Below, one piece after another: positions 7,830 through 17,679 of a stretch of 64,000 bases of DNA; the stretch's first letter is position 1, and every line of letters starts with the position of its first letter. This DNA comes from an uncultured Verrucomicrobia subdivision 3 bacterium (lineage in GTDB: Bacteria; Verrucomicrobiota; Verrucomicrobiia; Limisphaerales; UBA11358): positions 1,584-65,583 of the forward strand of contig CAIRJF010000032.1 of the NCBI GenBank assembly GCA_903878805.1, in the 5' to 3' direction. A model generated the notes under the pieces. It saw nothing but the letters and a program-made list of their open reading frames with translations, did not search any database and was not told the origin of the DNA. The translations under genes and the position numbers were made by a program.

Positions 7830-9134
7830 ATGAAAAGATTTTTTGTCTCCTTCGGGCTGGCCGCCAGTGCGGCTGGCTTCCAGACTGCGTTGGCGCAAAG
7901 CATGGCGGCAGGACCTTCCCCGAAAATTTGGAACATATCATCCAACCTGCGCGGGTTTTATGATGACAACTACGCGGTGGCACAGAACAAGACGGGCGGT
8001 TTTGGTTTCAGCTTGAATCCGTCGATTTCCGTCAATAAATCCTACCAGCAGACGGACATTGGTTTGAAATATACCTTCGGGATGTATTTCTATCTGCAAC
8101 GTTCCGACAACGGGAGTCCCCCTTGGGACTACACGCATCAGGGGGATTTGTGGATTGACCACGCCTTCAATGAGCGCCAGAAAATCACGATTTCAGATAC
8201 GATCGTATCGGCTCAAGATCCCCAGTTAGTGCAAGGCGGCTCCGTGGTGCGAACGGAAGGAAACAACGTTGTCAACCGCGCCTTGATTACAATTAATTCC
8301 GACTGGACCCGCAAGTTCAGCACTGCGACGCACTATGGCAACAACTTGGTGGTTTATTCAGGCAGCACCACTAACAATTCGGAAGGCCAAAACCCGAGTA
8401 ATGCCGATTTGCTGAATCGGATCGAGCAAAATTTTGGCACGGATTTTCAATGGCATTTCCAGCCGGAAACGACTGGTTTTATTGGTTATAATTACAGTTG
8501 GACGTTGTATAATGGTGGGGGCTTGGTTGGCCCGACACCGAATCCTATTACTTATCCCGGTGGTGTGGTTAAAACGTATTATTATCCGAGCGGCGCGCGC
8601 AACAACCGCACGCATTACGGCTACGTTGGTGTTTCCGAGGAATTCAGTCCCAATTTGAGCGGCACTTTCCGCGTCGGCGTTTCTTACACGGACGTGTATA
8701 AGGATCCGGTTTCGCCATACACCTCGCTGGCGCCGTATGCGGATTTGAGCCTGACTTACACTTATATTCCGGGCAGCTATGTTCAGGTGGGCTTTACGCA
8801 GGATCAGAACGCCACGGATGTTTCTGCCGTCGGGAGCAATGGCCAGTTGACGCAGTATCAGGAGACTTCCGTATTTTACATGGACGTGAACCACCAGTTC
8901 ACGCCCAAGTTGTCCGGCGCGCTGACCAGCCAATATCAAAATTCGGTGTATAAGGATGGCGCTTACAGCGGAACTTCCGACAACAGCATCAATGTGGGGC
9001 TTAACTTTGACTACGCCATCAACCGTCACTTTTCGGCGAACGCCGGCTACAACTTCAGTGAGTTGTTTTCTGATATCAACGGTCGTGGCAACAGCCGCAA
9101 CGTGGTTTATCTGGGGCTTGAGGCGAATTATTAA
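7830..9134 (+). CDS. Putative outer-membrane beta-barrel protein of the polysaccharide-export locus
   Basis: Signal peptide MKRFFVSFGLAASAAGFQTALAQ. Alternating aromatic/polar beta-strand pattern rich in Y/G/N/T. C-terminal ..VVYLGLEANY ends in an aromatic residue, as is typical of OM barrels. Confidence 0.6.
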   Translation: MKRFFVSFGLAASAAGFQTALAQSMAAGPSPKIWNISSNLRGFYDDNYAVAQNKTGGFGFSLNPSISVNKSYQQTDIGLKYTFGMYFYLQRSDNGSPPWDYTHQGDLWIDHAFNERQKITISDTIVSAQDPQLVQGGSVVRTEGNNVVNRALITINSDWTRKFSTATHYGNNLVVYSGSTTNNSEGQNPSNADLLNRIEQNFGTDFQWHFQPETTGFIGYNYSWTLYNGGGLVGPTPNPITYPGGVVKTYYYPSGARNNRTHYGYVGVSEEFSPNLSGTFRVGVSYTDVYKDPVSPYTSLAPYADLSLTYTYIPGSYVQVGFTQDQNATDVSAVGSNGQLTQYQETSVFYMDVNHQFTPKLSGALTSQYQNSVYKDGAYSGTSDNSINVGLNFDYAINRHFSANAGYNFSELFSDINGRGNSRNVVYLGLEANY

Positions 9135-9166
9135 GGCATGGTTTCACCTACTCGTCTGAACACAAT

Positions 9167-9205
9167 CCGGGAGCCGAGTCTGCGACAGGCTCCCATTATT
9201 TTTTA
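9167..9205 (+). terminator. Possible intrinsic terminator after the barrel gene
   Basis: ccgggagcc ... ggctccc stem followed by attatttttt. Confidence 0.4.
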
Positions 9206-9209
9206 AGCT

Positions 9210-11408
9210 ATGGATTCACCGACAAACTTTGCGCCGCCCGAGGCGAAGCTGCATTTTCTGGATTACTGGCGGATCATCCGCATCCGCAAGGCGATTATCA
9301 TCACCGTTTTTCTGATTACGGCCATCATCGCCACGGCGGTGACTTTTATTTTGCCGGAGTCCTATGCCAGCACCTGCCGCATCAAGGTGGAAAATGATGT
9401 CAATGACAACGCCGGCGGCACCTCCATCACGGCCTCGATGGCGCCGTATGATCCCTATTTCATCCAGACGACGTTTGAAATCATGCAGTCCTCGCTGGTT
9501 TTGAGCAACGTCGTCAGCACGCTGAACTTGAACGTGGAGTGGGGCAAGAAATATTTCAACGGCGAGACGCTCAAGACCACGGAGACGATGGAAATTTTAA
9601 AGGGGCGGATGAGCCTGGCACCAGTGCGCAATACCAAGCTTATTTCCATCACGGTCTATAGTGACGACGCCAATGAAGCCGCCGTGCTGGCCAATGCCAT
9701 TGCCGAAGCTTACAAGAATCACCGGCTGGATACCCGGCGTCAAACCACGATGAAGGGGCTGGATGTGTTTGAAAACCAGTATCTGGACGAGTCCAATCAA
9801 ATCCAGGCCGCGCAGCAGCAGATTGAGAATCTCCGCACTCAGTTGGGCATCACGGTGGATCAGGCGGACGCCGCCGGCTATACCGGCTCGCTGACCACCG
9901 AGCAATTGCAGGCGCTGCACTCACGGATGATTGAGGATGGAAATATCTACAAGGAAAAGGCCGTCGAACTGCAACAGCTCAAGTCTTATGACAAAAACCG
10001 GCTTCGTGACGTGCTGCCCAACGTCGTCAATGACGGGGCGTTGTCCGGCCTGCTCGACAAGCTCCACGAATCCGAGCAAAAAATCGCCACCCTGAAAATT
10101 GATTATCCGAGCGACAACCTAAATGTCACCCGCGTGCAGACATTGATTGACACGCTCAACGCCCAGATTGACGATCGCGTGGCCGGCATTCTCTCCACCT
10201 TGGAAAGTGAAGTGGCTTCCAAGAAAGCCGCGCTGGACGCACTGACCCAGTCCGTCGAAGACGCCAAGAAAAACGACATGATTGAGTCGGCCAAGAACCA
10301 GCCGTATTATGATGCCAAGCGCAATCTCGATCAGATGCGCACCCTGCACAACCTGCTTTACTCAAAAATCGAGGCGGAAAAACTGGATGCGCAAATCCCC
10401 AAAAGCCAGATGGTGCAAGTGGTGGATCATGCCGAGCCGGGCAAGGATCCGGTCAAGCCGAACAAGACAGTCAACATCGTTCTTGGTTTGGTTTTCGGTC
10501 TCATCATGGGGCTAGGTCTCGCGTTCTTCATTGAATACCTCGATACGAGCGTTAAGACCATTGACGATGTGGAACGCACTTTCCAGGCTCCCGTGCTGGG
10601 CGTGATTCCGCAAAACATCGGCTATCTGGTGGACGAAGGTTCCGAGAGCAAGCACGCCGAGGCCTATCGCGTGCTCCACACCAACTTGTTGTTCACGCGC
10701 AAGGACGAGACGCTCAACACCATTGCCGTCGTCAGCGCCGGCGCCGGCGAAGGCAAATCCACCACCACCATCAACCTCGCGACGGTGTTTGCCCAGGCCG
10801 GCAACCGCGTCTTGATTGTGGATTCAGATTTACGCCGCCCCACGCTCCACAAATTGTTTAAGGTGGCGAACAATCTCGGCCTGACCAACTACCTGCTCAA
10901 TCAAAACACCATCGCGGAAATCGTCCAGACCACGCAGGTTCCAAACCTCGATTTCATGGCCAGTGGCAAACTGCCCAACAGCTCGATGGCTATTTTGGGT
11001 TCTGTGCATATGAAGCAGATGATTGCCGAGCTGAAGCAGCGCTACGATTTCATCTTGTTTGATTCACCGCCCATTCTTGGCGTCAGCGACGCGTCTATTC
11101 TTGCGAGCGAAGTGGATTTGGTCATGCAAGTCATCCAATACCGCCGCTATCCGCAGCCCATGACCATTCGCGCCAAGCAGATGATTGAGAAAGTCAGCGG
11201 CAACTTCGTTGGCATCGTTCTCAACAACATCAACATGTCACAGGACGAAGGTTACTATTACTACAGCGGCTATTATCAAGATTATTATTACAGCCGCAAT
11301 CCCGAGGAGCAAGCTGCCGAAGCCAAAGCCACTGCTTCCCAGCCCGATGACACGCAATTCATTGACAAGTCCGACGGCGGCGATACAGAGATCAAGCAAA
11401 AGTATTGA
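9210..11408 (+). CDS. Polysaccharide co-polymerase / tyrosine autokinase (Wzc, GumC/EpsG-like BY-kinase)
   Basis: N-terminal Wzz-like TM plus a long coiled-coil periplasmic region, then a second TM. The cytoplasmic P-loop domain has VVSAGAGEGKSTTTINLA (Walker A), VDSDLRRP (Walker A') and LFDSPP (Walker B). C-terminal tyrosine cluster EGYYYYSGYYQDYYYS. Confidence 0.85.
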   Translation: MDSPTNFAPPEAKLHFLDYWRIIRIRKAIIITVFLITAIIATAVTFILPESYASTCRIKVENDVNDNAGGTSITASMAPYDPYFIQTTFEIMQSSLVLSNVVSTLNLNVEWGKKYFNGETLKTTETMEILKGRMSLAPVRNTKLISITVYSDDANEAAVLANAIAEAYKNHRLDTRRQTTMKGLDVFENQYLDESNQIQAAQQQIENLRTQLGITVDQADAAGYTGSLTTEQLQALHSRMIEDGNIYKEKAVELQQLKSYDKNRLRDVLPNVVNDGALSGLLDKLHESEQKIATLKIDYPSDNLNVTRVQTLIDTLNAQIDDRVAGILSTLESEVASKKAALDALTQSVEDAKKNDMIESAKNQPYYDAKRNLDQMRTLHNLLYSKIEAEKLDAQIPKSQMVQVVDHAEPGKDPVKPNKTVNIVLGLVFGLIMGLGLAFFIEYLDTSVKTIDDVERTFQAPVLGVIPQNIGYLVDEGSESKHAEAYRVLHTNLLFTRKDETLNTIAVVSAGAGEGKSTTTINLATVFAQAGNRVLIVDSDLRRPTLHKLFKVANNLGLTNYLLNQNTIAEIVQTTQVPNLDFMASGKLPNSSMAILGSVHMKQMIAELKQRYDFILFDSPPILGVSDASILASEVDLVMQVIQYRRYPQPMTIRAKQMIEKVSGNFVGIVLNNINMSQDEGYYYYSGYYQDYYYSRNPEEQAAEAKATASQPDDTQFIDKSDGGDTEIKQKY

Positions 11409-11446
11409 TTGAAATTTGGCGATACCGATAAGATTTGAACTGACTG

Positions 11447-12073
11447 ATGAAACTAAAATCATTTTTTCTGCCTTGCCCAAGCCTGCTCCTGTTGCCGGTG
11501 CTGGCGGTCGTGCTGGCTGGCTGCGAAAGTTCCGGAAAAAAACCAGACGTGATGGCGCCACCGCCGTTTGAAACCAGTCCCGGCGAAGCCAATGTGCCGC
11601 GCCTGCACATCGGCGACGTCGTCTCCATCACCTTTTCTGGTCTGCCCGATCCGATTGACTCACAGGACAAGCCTATCAAGGAAGACGGAACCATCACGCT
11701 GCCGGACATTGGCCGTGTGAAGGCCGTCGGCAAAACCATTGGCGAACTCGAAGACACCATCCATAACCTTTACGTTCCGCGCGTTTATCTACACTTGAAC
11801 GTCACGGTCAAAACCAGCAGCGACCGCGTCTATTACATCCGCGGCGAGGTGCATAATCCGGGGCGGCTCATCTACGCCGGGCCGATTACCGTCAGCAAGG
11901 CCATCACCTCCGCTGGCGACTTCACGGATTTTGCCAGCCGCAGCGACGTCATCCTCACACGCGCCAACGGCGACCGTTTCAAGCTCAACCTCAACCGCAT
12001 TCTCGACGGCGAGGATCCCGACCCGCCCGTCTATCCTGGCGACCAGATCGAAGTTGGTCGCCGGATTTTCTGA
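11447..12073 (+). CDS. Polysaccharide export lipoprotein (Wza/GumB-like, Poly_export plus SLBB)
   Basis: Lipobox LAVVLAGCES. PRLHIGDVVSITF...DGTITLPDIGRVKAVGKTIGELE (Poly_export motif). ..RGEVHNPGRL..TVSKAITSAGDFT (SLBB). Confidence 0.8.
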   Translation: MKLKSFFLPCPSLLLLPVLAVVLAGCESSGKKPDVMAPPPFETSPGEANVPRLHIGDVVSITFSGLPDPIDSQDKPIKEDGTITLPDIGRVKAVGKTIGELEDTIHNLYVPRVYLHLNVTVKTSSDRVYYIRGEVHNPGRLIYAGPITVSKAITSAGDFTDFASRSDVILTRANGDRFKLNLNRILDGEDPDPPVYPGDQIEVGRRIF

Positions 12074-12462
12074 TGATCCAGTTGCGAATACTTTCCGGTG
12101 AAATGGCGGGCGACGTCCAAGTCGTCCGCCGTTTTCCTTTCCGCATCGGTCGCGCGCCGGAAAATGATTTGCGCCTAGAAGCCCACGGCGTTTGGGACAA
12201 TCACCTCACCTTGGAATTCCAGAAATCGGAAGGCTTCATCCTGCACACCGCGCCGGAAACTTTCGTCGCCATCAACGAGGAACAAAAAAAATCCGCGCGC
12301 TTACGCAACGGCGACATCGTCTCCTTCGGTTCCGCCAAAATCCAGTTCTGGCTGGCCGCCCCGCGCCAGCGCGGATTGCTGCCGCGCGAACTTTCCATCT
12401 GGCTCCTGATTGCTGTCGTCACCGCCGCGCAATTCATTCTAATCTACCGGCTCGTCCGCTGA
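12073..12462 (+). CDS. FHA-domain protein with C-terminal TM anchor
   Basis: FPFRIGRAPENDLRLEAHGVWDNHLTLEF...LRNGDIVSFGSAKIQF is an FHA pattern. The C-terminal LSIWLLIAVVTAAQFILIYRLV is hydrophobic. The start overlaps the Wza-like stop (ATGA). Confidence 0.7.
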   Translation: MIQLRILSGEMAGDVQVVRRFPFRIGRAPENDLRLEAHGVWDNHLTLEFQKSEGFILHTAPETFVAINEEQKKSARLRNGDIVSFGSAKIQFWLAAPRQRGLLPRELSIWLLIAVVTAAQFILIYRLVR

Positions 12463-12503
12463 TTAAAATTCTTTGCGTCTTCGCGCCTTTGCGTGAGTTT
12501 TTT

Positions 12504-14093
12504 TCAATGCCGGAAATGCCGCGCGCCCGTGAACGCCATTGCCATTCCGCGCGCATCTGCCGCTCCGATGACCTCTGCGTCCTTCACCGATCCGCCGGGT
12601 TGAATCGCTGCCGTCGCGCCCGCGTCCGCGGCGGCGATGAGTCCGTCGGGAAACGGAAAAAATGCGTCGCTGCAAACTACGCTGCTCGCGAGCGGTAGTT
12701 TCGCCTCACCTGCCTTCCAAACCGCAATGCGGCTGGAATCCACACGGCTCATCTGACCCGCGCCCGTGCCGAGCGTCCGGCCTTCGCCGACATAAAGAAT
12801 CGCGTTTGATTTCAAGTGTTTTACAACGCGCCAACCGAACAGCATCGCCTTCAATTCCGCTTCCGTCGGCTGCCGCTTCGTGACGATTTTCAACTCATTG
12901 ACGGTCGTGATTTTCAAATCGCGCTGCTGCAATAAAAACGAATCCGCGCCCACGCTGCGCACATCCCACGGCTGCGAGGTCGTTGGGCATTTCACAATTT
13001 GCAGCAGCCGGAGATTTTTCTTTTTTTGCAAAATCTCCAGCGCTTCCGCCGAAAATTCCGGCGCAACAATTACCTCGCTGAAAATTTCCGCAATCGCCCC
13101 CGCGCAATCGCCGTCCAAAGTTTTGTTCACCGCGATAATGCCGCCGAACGGCGCTTGTTTGTCGGTCGCAAACGCCTTGTCCCACGCCTCGCGCAGATTC
13201 GCGCCTTGGCCGACGCCGCACGGATTCGTGTGTTTCAAAATCGCCAGCGTCGGCACGTCTTCGCGAAATTCCGCGATGAGCGCCGCCGCCGCCGTCAGGT
13301 CCAAAATATTGTTGTAAGAAAGTTCCTTGCCGTGGAGCTGCTTGAAAAATTCGTGGAACTTGCCGTAAAGCGCGGCGGTCTGGTGCGGATTTTCGCCATA
13401 GCGCAACGGCTGTGCGAGCGGCGCGGAAATGGTCAGCACCTGCGGCAATAAATTTTTGTCGGCGGCAAATTCCTTTTGCAGATGCGCGGCAATCGCCGCG
13501 TCGTATGCGGCCGTGCGCGCATAAACTTTCGCGCACAATTTGCGGCGCAGTTCCAAAGTCGTATTGCCCGTTTCCGAAATCTGTTTCGCCACCTCGGCGT
13601 AGTCGAATGGATCAACGACAACGGTGACGCTGTCATGATTTTTTGCCGCGCTGCGGAGCATCGAAGGGCCGCCGATGTCAATGTTTTCAATAGCATCGTG
13701 CAGTTTCACATCCGGCTTGGCGACGGTCGCCTCGAACGGATAAAGATTCACGACGACCAAATCAATCGGCTTGATGGCGTGCGCTTTCACCGCCGCTTCG
13801 TGCGTGGCATTGCCGCGAATGTAAAGCAATCCGCCGTGGACGAGCGGATGCAGCGTCTTGACGCGGCCATCAAGCATTTCGGGAAAACCGGTGTGTTCGC
13901 TGATGTCCTTCACGGCGAGTCCGGCCTCGCGCAACGTCTTGGCCGTGCCGCCGGTGGAAATGAGTTCCACGCCCGCAGCGGCGAGAATTTGAGCGAAGGG
14001 AACCAGTCCGGTTTTGTCAGAGACGGAAAGCAGGGCGCGTTGAATTTTCACGCGCGTAAAATCTATTGCGCCGCGCCGCGCGTCAACCGGCAA
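12504..14093 (-). CDS. purH: Bifunctional AICAR transformylase / IMP cyclohydrolase
   Basis: [33 protein letters not shown], end-to-end PurH-like. The real start may be the GTG at 14050 ([13 protein letters not shown]), which matches family N-termini better than the upstream ATG. Confidence 0.9.
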   Translation of the reverse strand: MPVDARRGAIDFTRVKIQRALLSVSDKTGLVPFAQILAAAGVELISTGGTAKTLREAGLAVKDISEHTGFPEMLDGRVKTLHPLVHGGLLYIRGNATHEAAVKAHAIKPIDLVVVNLYPFEATVAKPDVKLHDAIENIDIGGPSMLRSAAKNHDSVTVVVDPFDYAEVAKQISETGNTTLELRRKLCAKVYARTAAYDAAIAAHLQKEFAADKNLLPQVLTISAPLAQPLRYGENPHQTAALYGKFHEFFKQLHGKELSYNNILDLTAAAALIAEFREDVPTLAILKHTNPCGVGQGANLREAWDKAFATDKQAPFGGIIAVNKTLDGDCAGAIAEIFSEVIVAPEFSAEALEILQKKKNLRLLQIVKCPTTSQPWDVRSVGADSFLLQQRDLKITTVNELKIVTKRQPTEAELKAMLFGWRVVKHLKSNAILYVGEGRTLGTGAGQMSRVDSSRIAVWKAGEAKLPLASSVVCSDAFFPFPDGLIAAADAGATAAIQPGGSVKDAEVIGAADARGMAMAFTGARHFRH

Positions 14094-14137
14094 ATTGCGC
14101 CATGCAGAACATTTTTTGTTCGCGTCCGCGCAAAAAA

Positions 14138-15478
14138 TTATTTTGCCGACGCCAGTTCCGCGCCGATGGCGCGTTCGAGCCGCGCGCGGGCGGCGGCGTA
14201 GTCGTGGAGGGCGGTGACCTGCGTGGTGCGGGCCTGTGTGAGCGAGGTCTCGGCGTCCAGCACATCGAGCTGGGTGGCAGTGCCGGCGCCGAACCGCGCA
14301 TTGGCCTCGCGCAAGGCTTCTTCGGCCTGTTCCTGCACTTTCGTTTGCGAGTCGAGCACTTCCTTGGCTTCAAGAAAATCGGAATAGGACGTGCGCACGT
14401 CGAGTTCGATCTGGCGCGAACGATCTTCAAGTTCCGTCTGTGATTTTTTGTAAAGCGCCTTGGCCTGTTGCACTTTGCCGATGGTCAGCGCGCCGTCAAA
14501 AATATTCCACGTCAACTGCCCGCCGACGTTCCAGCCGTGGATTGTGTAACCCAAATCGTTGGGGTCAGTGAACTGGGAGTTATTCCAATTGTAACCTCCA
14601 AAGGCCGAGATGCTCGGTTTATAGCCCGACTTTGCTTCCACAATGTTCAGGTTTTGCAAAATTACCTGCTGGCGCAAATCCTGCAACTCCGAGCGGCGTT
14701 CGAGCGCCTGTTGAATGGCGTCGGGCAGCACCATGTCCCACGCCGTGATGTCAAACGTGTCCGTCAGATTCAACGGAATGTCCTCCAAGACTTCGCGCGG
14801 CAAATTGTAGCCGAGTAGATTGGCCAGCGTGTTTTTGCTGATGCGATACTGGCTATTGGCGTGGAATAAATTTGGCTTGGCGTTGGCGAGCGCAACTTCC
14901 GCCCGCAACACGTTGAAATGCGGCACGGTTCCAGCATCGAAGCGGCGCTGCTGGTCGTCCAATTCCTTTTGCAGCAGTTTGACCGAGGCTTCGTTGACGA
15001 CAATCTGCTGCTGCGCCAGCAGGACATCGTAATACGCCAGGCGCACCGCGAGCAGCGTGTCCGCCACCTGCGTATCATATTGCGCGATGGATTGCTTCTT
15101 GGTTGCGGATGCGGCCTGAATGGCGGCAATCAATTTTCCGCCCTCGTAAATTCCCTGAACAATCTGGATGCCCGAATTCCAGTTGTTGTTCGGCGGCGTC
15201 GAATTGGGAAAACTTTCAATCGCCTGTGGCTCGGAGTGTTTGACTTGGCTAGTAGCCGTCAACTGCGGCAGCGCCACTGCGCGCGTCTGCACCACCACGC
15301 CCGCCGTGGCTTCGAGGTCGCTCTTGGCCTTGAGGATGTCGGCGTTCTGGGCGAGCGCGATGTTGATGCAGTCCGCCTGCGACAACGGGCGCGATAGCCA
15401 CGCCAGCGAGTTGGTTTCGTCGGCGCAAACCGCACCGGCTACGGCCAGTAATAGCGAAAACAGCGTCAGTTTTTTCAT
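14138..15478 (-). CDS. TolC-family outer membrane efflux protein
   Basis: Signal peptide [19 protein letters not shown]. Two OEP repeats with coiled-coil heptads (..[26 protein letters not shown].., ..[36 protein letters not shown]). Confidence 0.85.
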   Translation of the reverse strand: MKKLTLFSLLLAVAGAVCADETNSLAWLSRPLSQADCINIALAQNADILKAKSDLEATAGVVVQTRAVALPQLTATSQVKHSEPQAIESFPNSTPPNNNWNSGIQIVQGIYEGGKLIAAIQAASATKKQSIAQYDTQVADTLLAVRLAYYDVLLAQQQIVVNEASVKLLQKELDDQQRRFDAGTVPHFNVLRAEVALANAKPNLFHANSQYRISKNTLANLLGYNLPREVLEDIPLNLTDTFDITAWDMVLPDAIQQALERRSELQDLRQQVILQNLNIVEAKSGYKPSISAFGGYNWNNSQFTDPNDLGYTIHGWNVGGQLTWNIFDGALTIGKVQQAKALYKKSQTELEDRSRQIELDVRTSYSDFLEAKEVLDSQTKVQEQAEEALREANARFGAGTATQLDVLDAETSLTQARTTQVTALHDYAAARARLERAIGAELASAK

Positions 15479-15575
15479 ACAGCGGAGGCATCCTACCATT
15501 CGGTAGGTTAAAAGTCGAATGAATCGTTTCGCTCGTAAAAAATCCCGTTTGTGCTAACCTCTCGGCGGCGCTGTT

Positions 15576-16382
15576 ATGAAAAAATTTCTGAATATTTTCT
15601 GCTGCCTGCTTGCCGCCGCGCTGCTCGGCGGGTGCGGGAAAAATTCCGCCAATCACTTCCAAGGCTACATCGAGGGCGAATATGTCTATGTCGCTGCCCC
15701 GCTCGGTGGCGCGCTCACGAACCTTGCCGTCGCGCGTGGCGAGCAAATTAAGAAAGGCCAGTTACTGTTTGCACTCGAACGCCAGTCCGAAGCCGCCGCG
15801 CTCGACCAAGCGGAAAAAAATCTGGCGCAGGCCAAGGCCAGCCTGACGTTGTCTGAATCCACTTTTCAACGCCGCAAGGAATTGCGCAATTCGCCCGACG
15901 CCGTCATCTCCGCCGAGGAACTGGACCAGGCACGTTCGCAGCGCGATGCCGACGCCGCGATGATGGCCGCGCAGCAGGCCGCGCTCGACAAGGCGCAATG
16001 GTCGTTCGACCAGAAGCAGCAGTTCGCGCCCGCCGACGCGCAGGTTCACGACACGCTTTACCGCAGCGGCGAATGGGTTGCCGCCGGCAATCCCGTAGTC
16101 GTCCTGCTGCCGCCAGAAAATATAAAGGTTCGCTTTTTCGTGCCGCAGGAAATGCTGCCGCATATAAAAATTGGCGAGTCCGTCGCCATCGCGTGCGACG
16201 GCGCGCCGCACGCCATCAACGCCACGGTCAATTATATTTCCACGCAGGTCGAATATACGCCGCCGGTGATTTACAGCCGCGAGACGCGCGCGAATTTGGT
16301 CTTCATGATCGAGGCAAAAATTTCCCCGGCGGACGCGGCCGACGCGCGTCCCGGCCAGCCCGCCGACGTGCGGTTGAATTAA
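15576..16382 (+). CDS. HlyD-family periplasmic adaptor (membrane fusion protein), lipoprotein
   Basis: Lipobox LLGGCGK. GYIEGEYVYVAAPLGGALTNLAVARGEQIKKGQLLFAL (biotinyl-lipoyl-like hairpin), a coiled coil, and a C-terminal beta-barrel ending GQPADVRL. Confidence 0.8.
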   Translation: MKKFLNIFCCLLAAALLGGCGKNSANHFQGYIEGEYVYVAAPLGGALTNLAVARGEQIKKGQLLFALERQSEAAALDQAEKNLAQAKASLTLSESTFQRRKELRNSPDAVISAEELDQARSQRDADAAMMAAQQAALDKAQWSFDQKQQFAPADAQVHDTLYRSGEWVAAGNPVVVLLPPENIKVRFFVPQEMLPHIKIGESVAIACDGAPHAINATVNYISTQVEYTPPVIYSRETRANLVFMIEAKISPADAADARPGQPADVRLN

Positions 16383-16383
16383 A

Positions 16384-17679
16384 ATGACTGCGCGGCAAAC
16401 GCTCCAGCTCCTCCGCGATTACGAATCGCGAAACATTCTTTTCGTCGAACCCGACGGCTCGTGGCCGATTGTCTGGGAGCGCGCCCGCGGCGTTCACGTT
16501 TGGGATGCCAACGGCAAAAAGTATCTCGATCTCACCGCCGCGTTCGGCGTCGCCGCCGCCGGCCACGCGAATCCAAAAGTCGTTCGCGCCGGCCAACGGC
16601 AAATGGGCAAGCTCCTGCATGCGATGGGCGACGTGCATCCGCACGTGCTCAAGGCCCAGCTCGCGCGCGAATTGAGCCGTCTTACTTTTGAGCGCTGGGC
16701 AGACGCGCCAAAATTAAAAACTGGCAAGGTCATTTTCAGCAACTCCGGTTTCGAGGCCGTGGAATCCGCCCTCAAGACGGCGCTGCTCGCGACGGGAAAA
16801 AGTGGCGTCATCGCCTTCGCGGGCGGTTATCACGGGCTCGGCTACGGCGCGCTCAACGCGACGCACCGCGAACACTTCCGCAATCCGTTCCGCTCGCAAC
16901 TGCGCGCGTTCGGCCACTTCGCCAAATTTCCCCTCGCCAAAACTGATTTGCCGCCGCTGGAATTGGCGCTACGCCGAACTCTCCGCCGCCAAAAAATTGG
17001 CGCGATGCTTGTCGAGCCAGTTCAGGCGCGCGGCGGCATCAACCTCCCGCCGCCGGAATTTCTGCCACTGCTGCGCAAACTGTGCGACGAACACGGCGCG
17101 CTGCTCATCCTCGACGAGATTTACACCGGCTTTGGCCGCACCGGCAAATGGTTCGCGTGTGAACACAGCGGCGTGGTTCCCGATTTGATTTGTCTCGGCA
17201 AGGCGCTGACCGGCGGCTTTCCCCTTTCCGCGTGCGTCGGCCGCGCCGACCTCATGGACGTCGCGTGGCCGGCCGCGACCGGCGAGGCGATTCACACCAG
17301 CACCTTCCTCGGTCATCCTGTCGGCTGCGCGATGGCGCTCGCGCAAATTTTAGAAATTAAAAAACTGAAACTACCGGAACGCGCCGCTGAGCTGGGAAAA
17401 TTTCTTTTGGCCGAGTTGTCCCAAGTCCCAAGTCCCAAGTCCCAAGTCATTTGTTCACCGCGCGGAATTGGCTTGATGGCTGGCGTGGAACTGACACTGC
17501 CAAACGGCAAGCCCGCGACCGAAGCAGCCTTGACCGCCATTAAAAAACTTTTGCATCGCGGTTTTATTTTCTTGCCGGAAGGCGAGCATGCCAACGTCAT
17601 CAGCTTCACGCCGCCGCTGACGATTGCCAAAGCGCAACTGGCCGAAGCTGTTTTCGAACTGAAAAAATGCCTGCGCTAA
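16384..17679 (+). CDS. Class-III PLP-dependent aminotransferase (ArgD/GabT-like)
   Basis: SGFEAVESALK, LILDEIYTGFGRTGKWFACEHSGVVPDLICLGKALTGGFPLSA (PLP Lys), STFLGHP. Contains two heptamer-periodic low-complexity tracts. Confidence 0.85.
   Translation: MTARQTLQLLRDYESRNILFVEPDGSWPIVWERARGVHVWDANGKKYLDLTAAFGVAAAGHANPKVVRAGQRQMGKLLHAMGDVHPHVLKAQLARELSRLTFERWADAPKLKTGKVIFSNSGFEAVESALKTALLATGKSGVIAFAGGYHGLGYGALNATHREHFRNPFRSQLRAFGHFAKFPLAKTDLPPLELALRRTLRRQKIGAMLVEPVQARGGINLPPPEFLPLLRKLCDEHGALLILDEIYTGFGRTGKWFACEHSGVVPDLICLGKALTGGFPLSACVGRADLMDVAWPAATGEAIHTSTFLGHPVGCAMALAQILEIKKLKLPERAAELGKFLLAELSQVPSPKSQVICSPRGIGLMAGVELTLPNGKPATEAALTAIKKLLHRGFIFLPEGEHANVISFTPPLTIAKAQLAEAVFELKKCLR
17418..17448 (+). 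repeat. Tandem heptanucleotide repeat (GTCCCAA)x4 plus 3 nt inside the aminotransferase CDS
   Basis: gtcccaa gtcccaa gtcccaa gtcccaa gtc, perfect, encoding QVPSPKSQV. Confidence 0.95.

Noticed and set aside
17418-17448. Short tandem and interspersed repeats as a CRISPR array
   Set aside because: The units are 7 nt and directly adjacent with no spacers. The 30-nt AT-rich copies are 2.4 kb apart inside genes. No cas genes are present.
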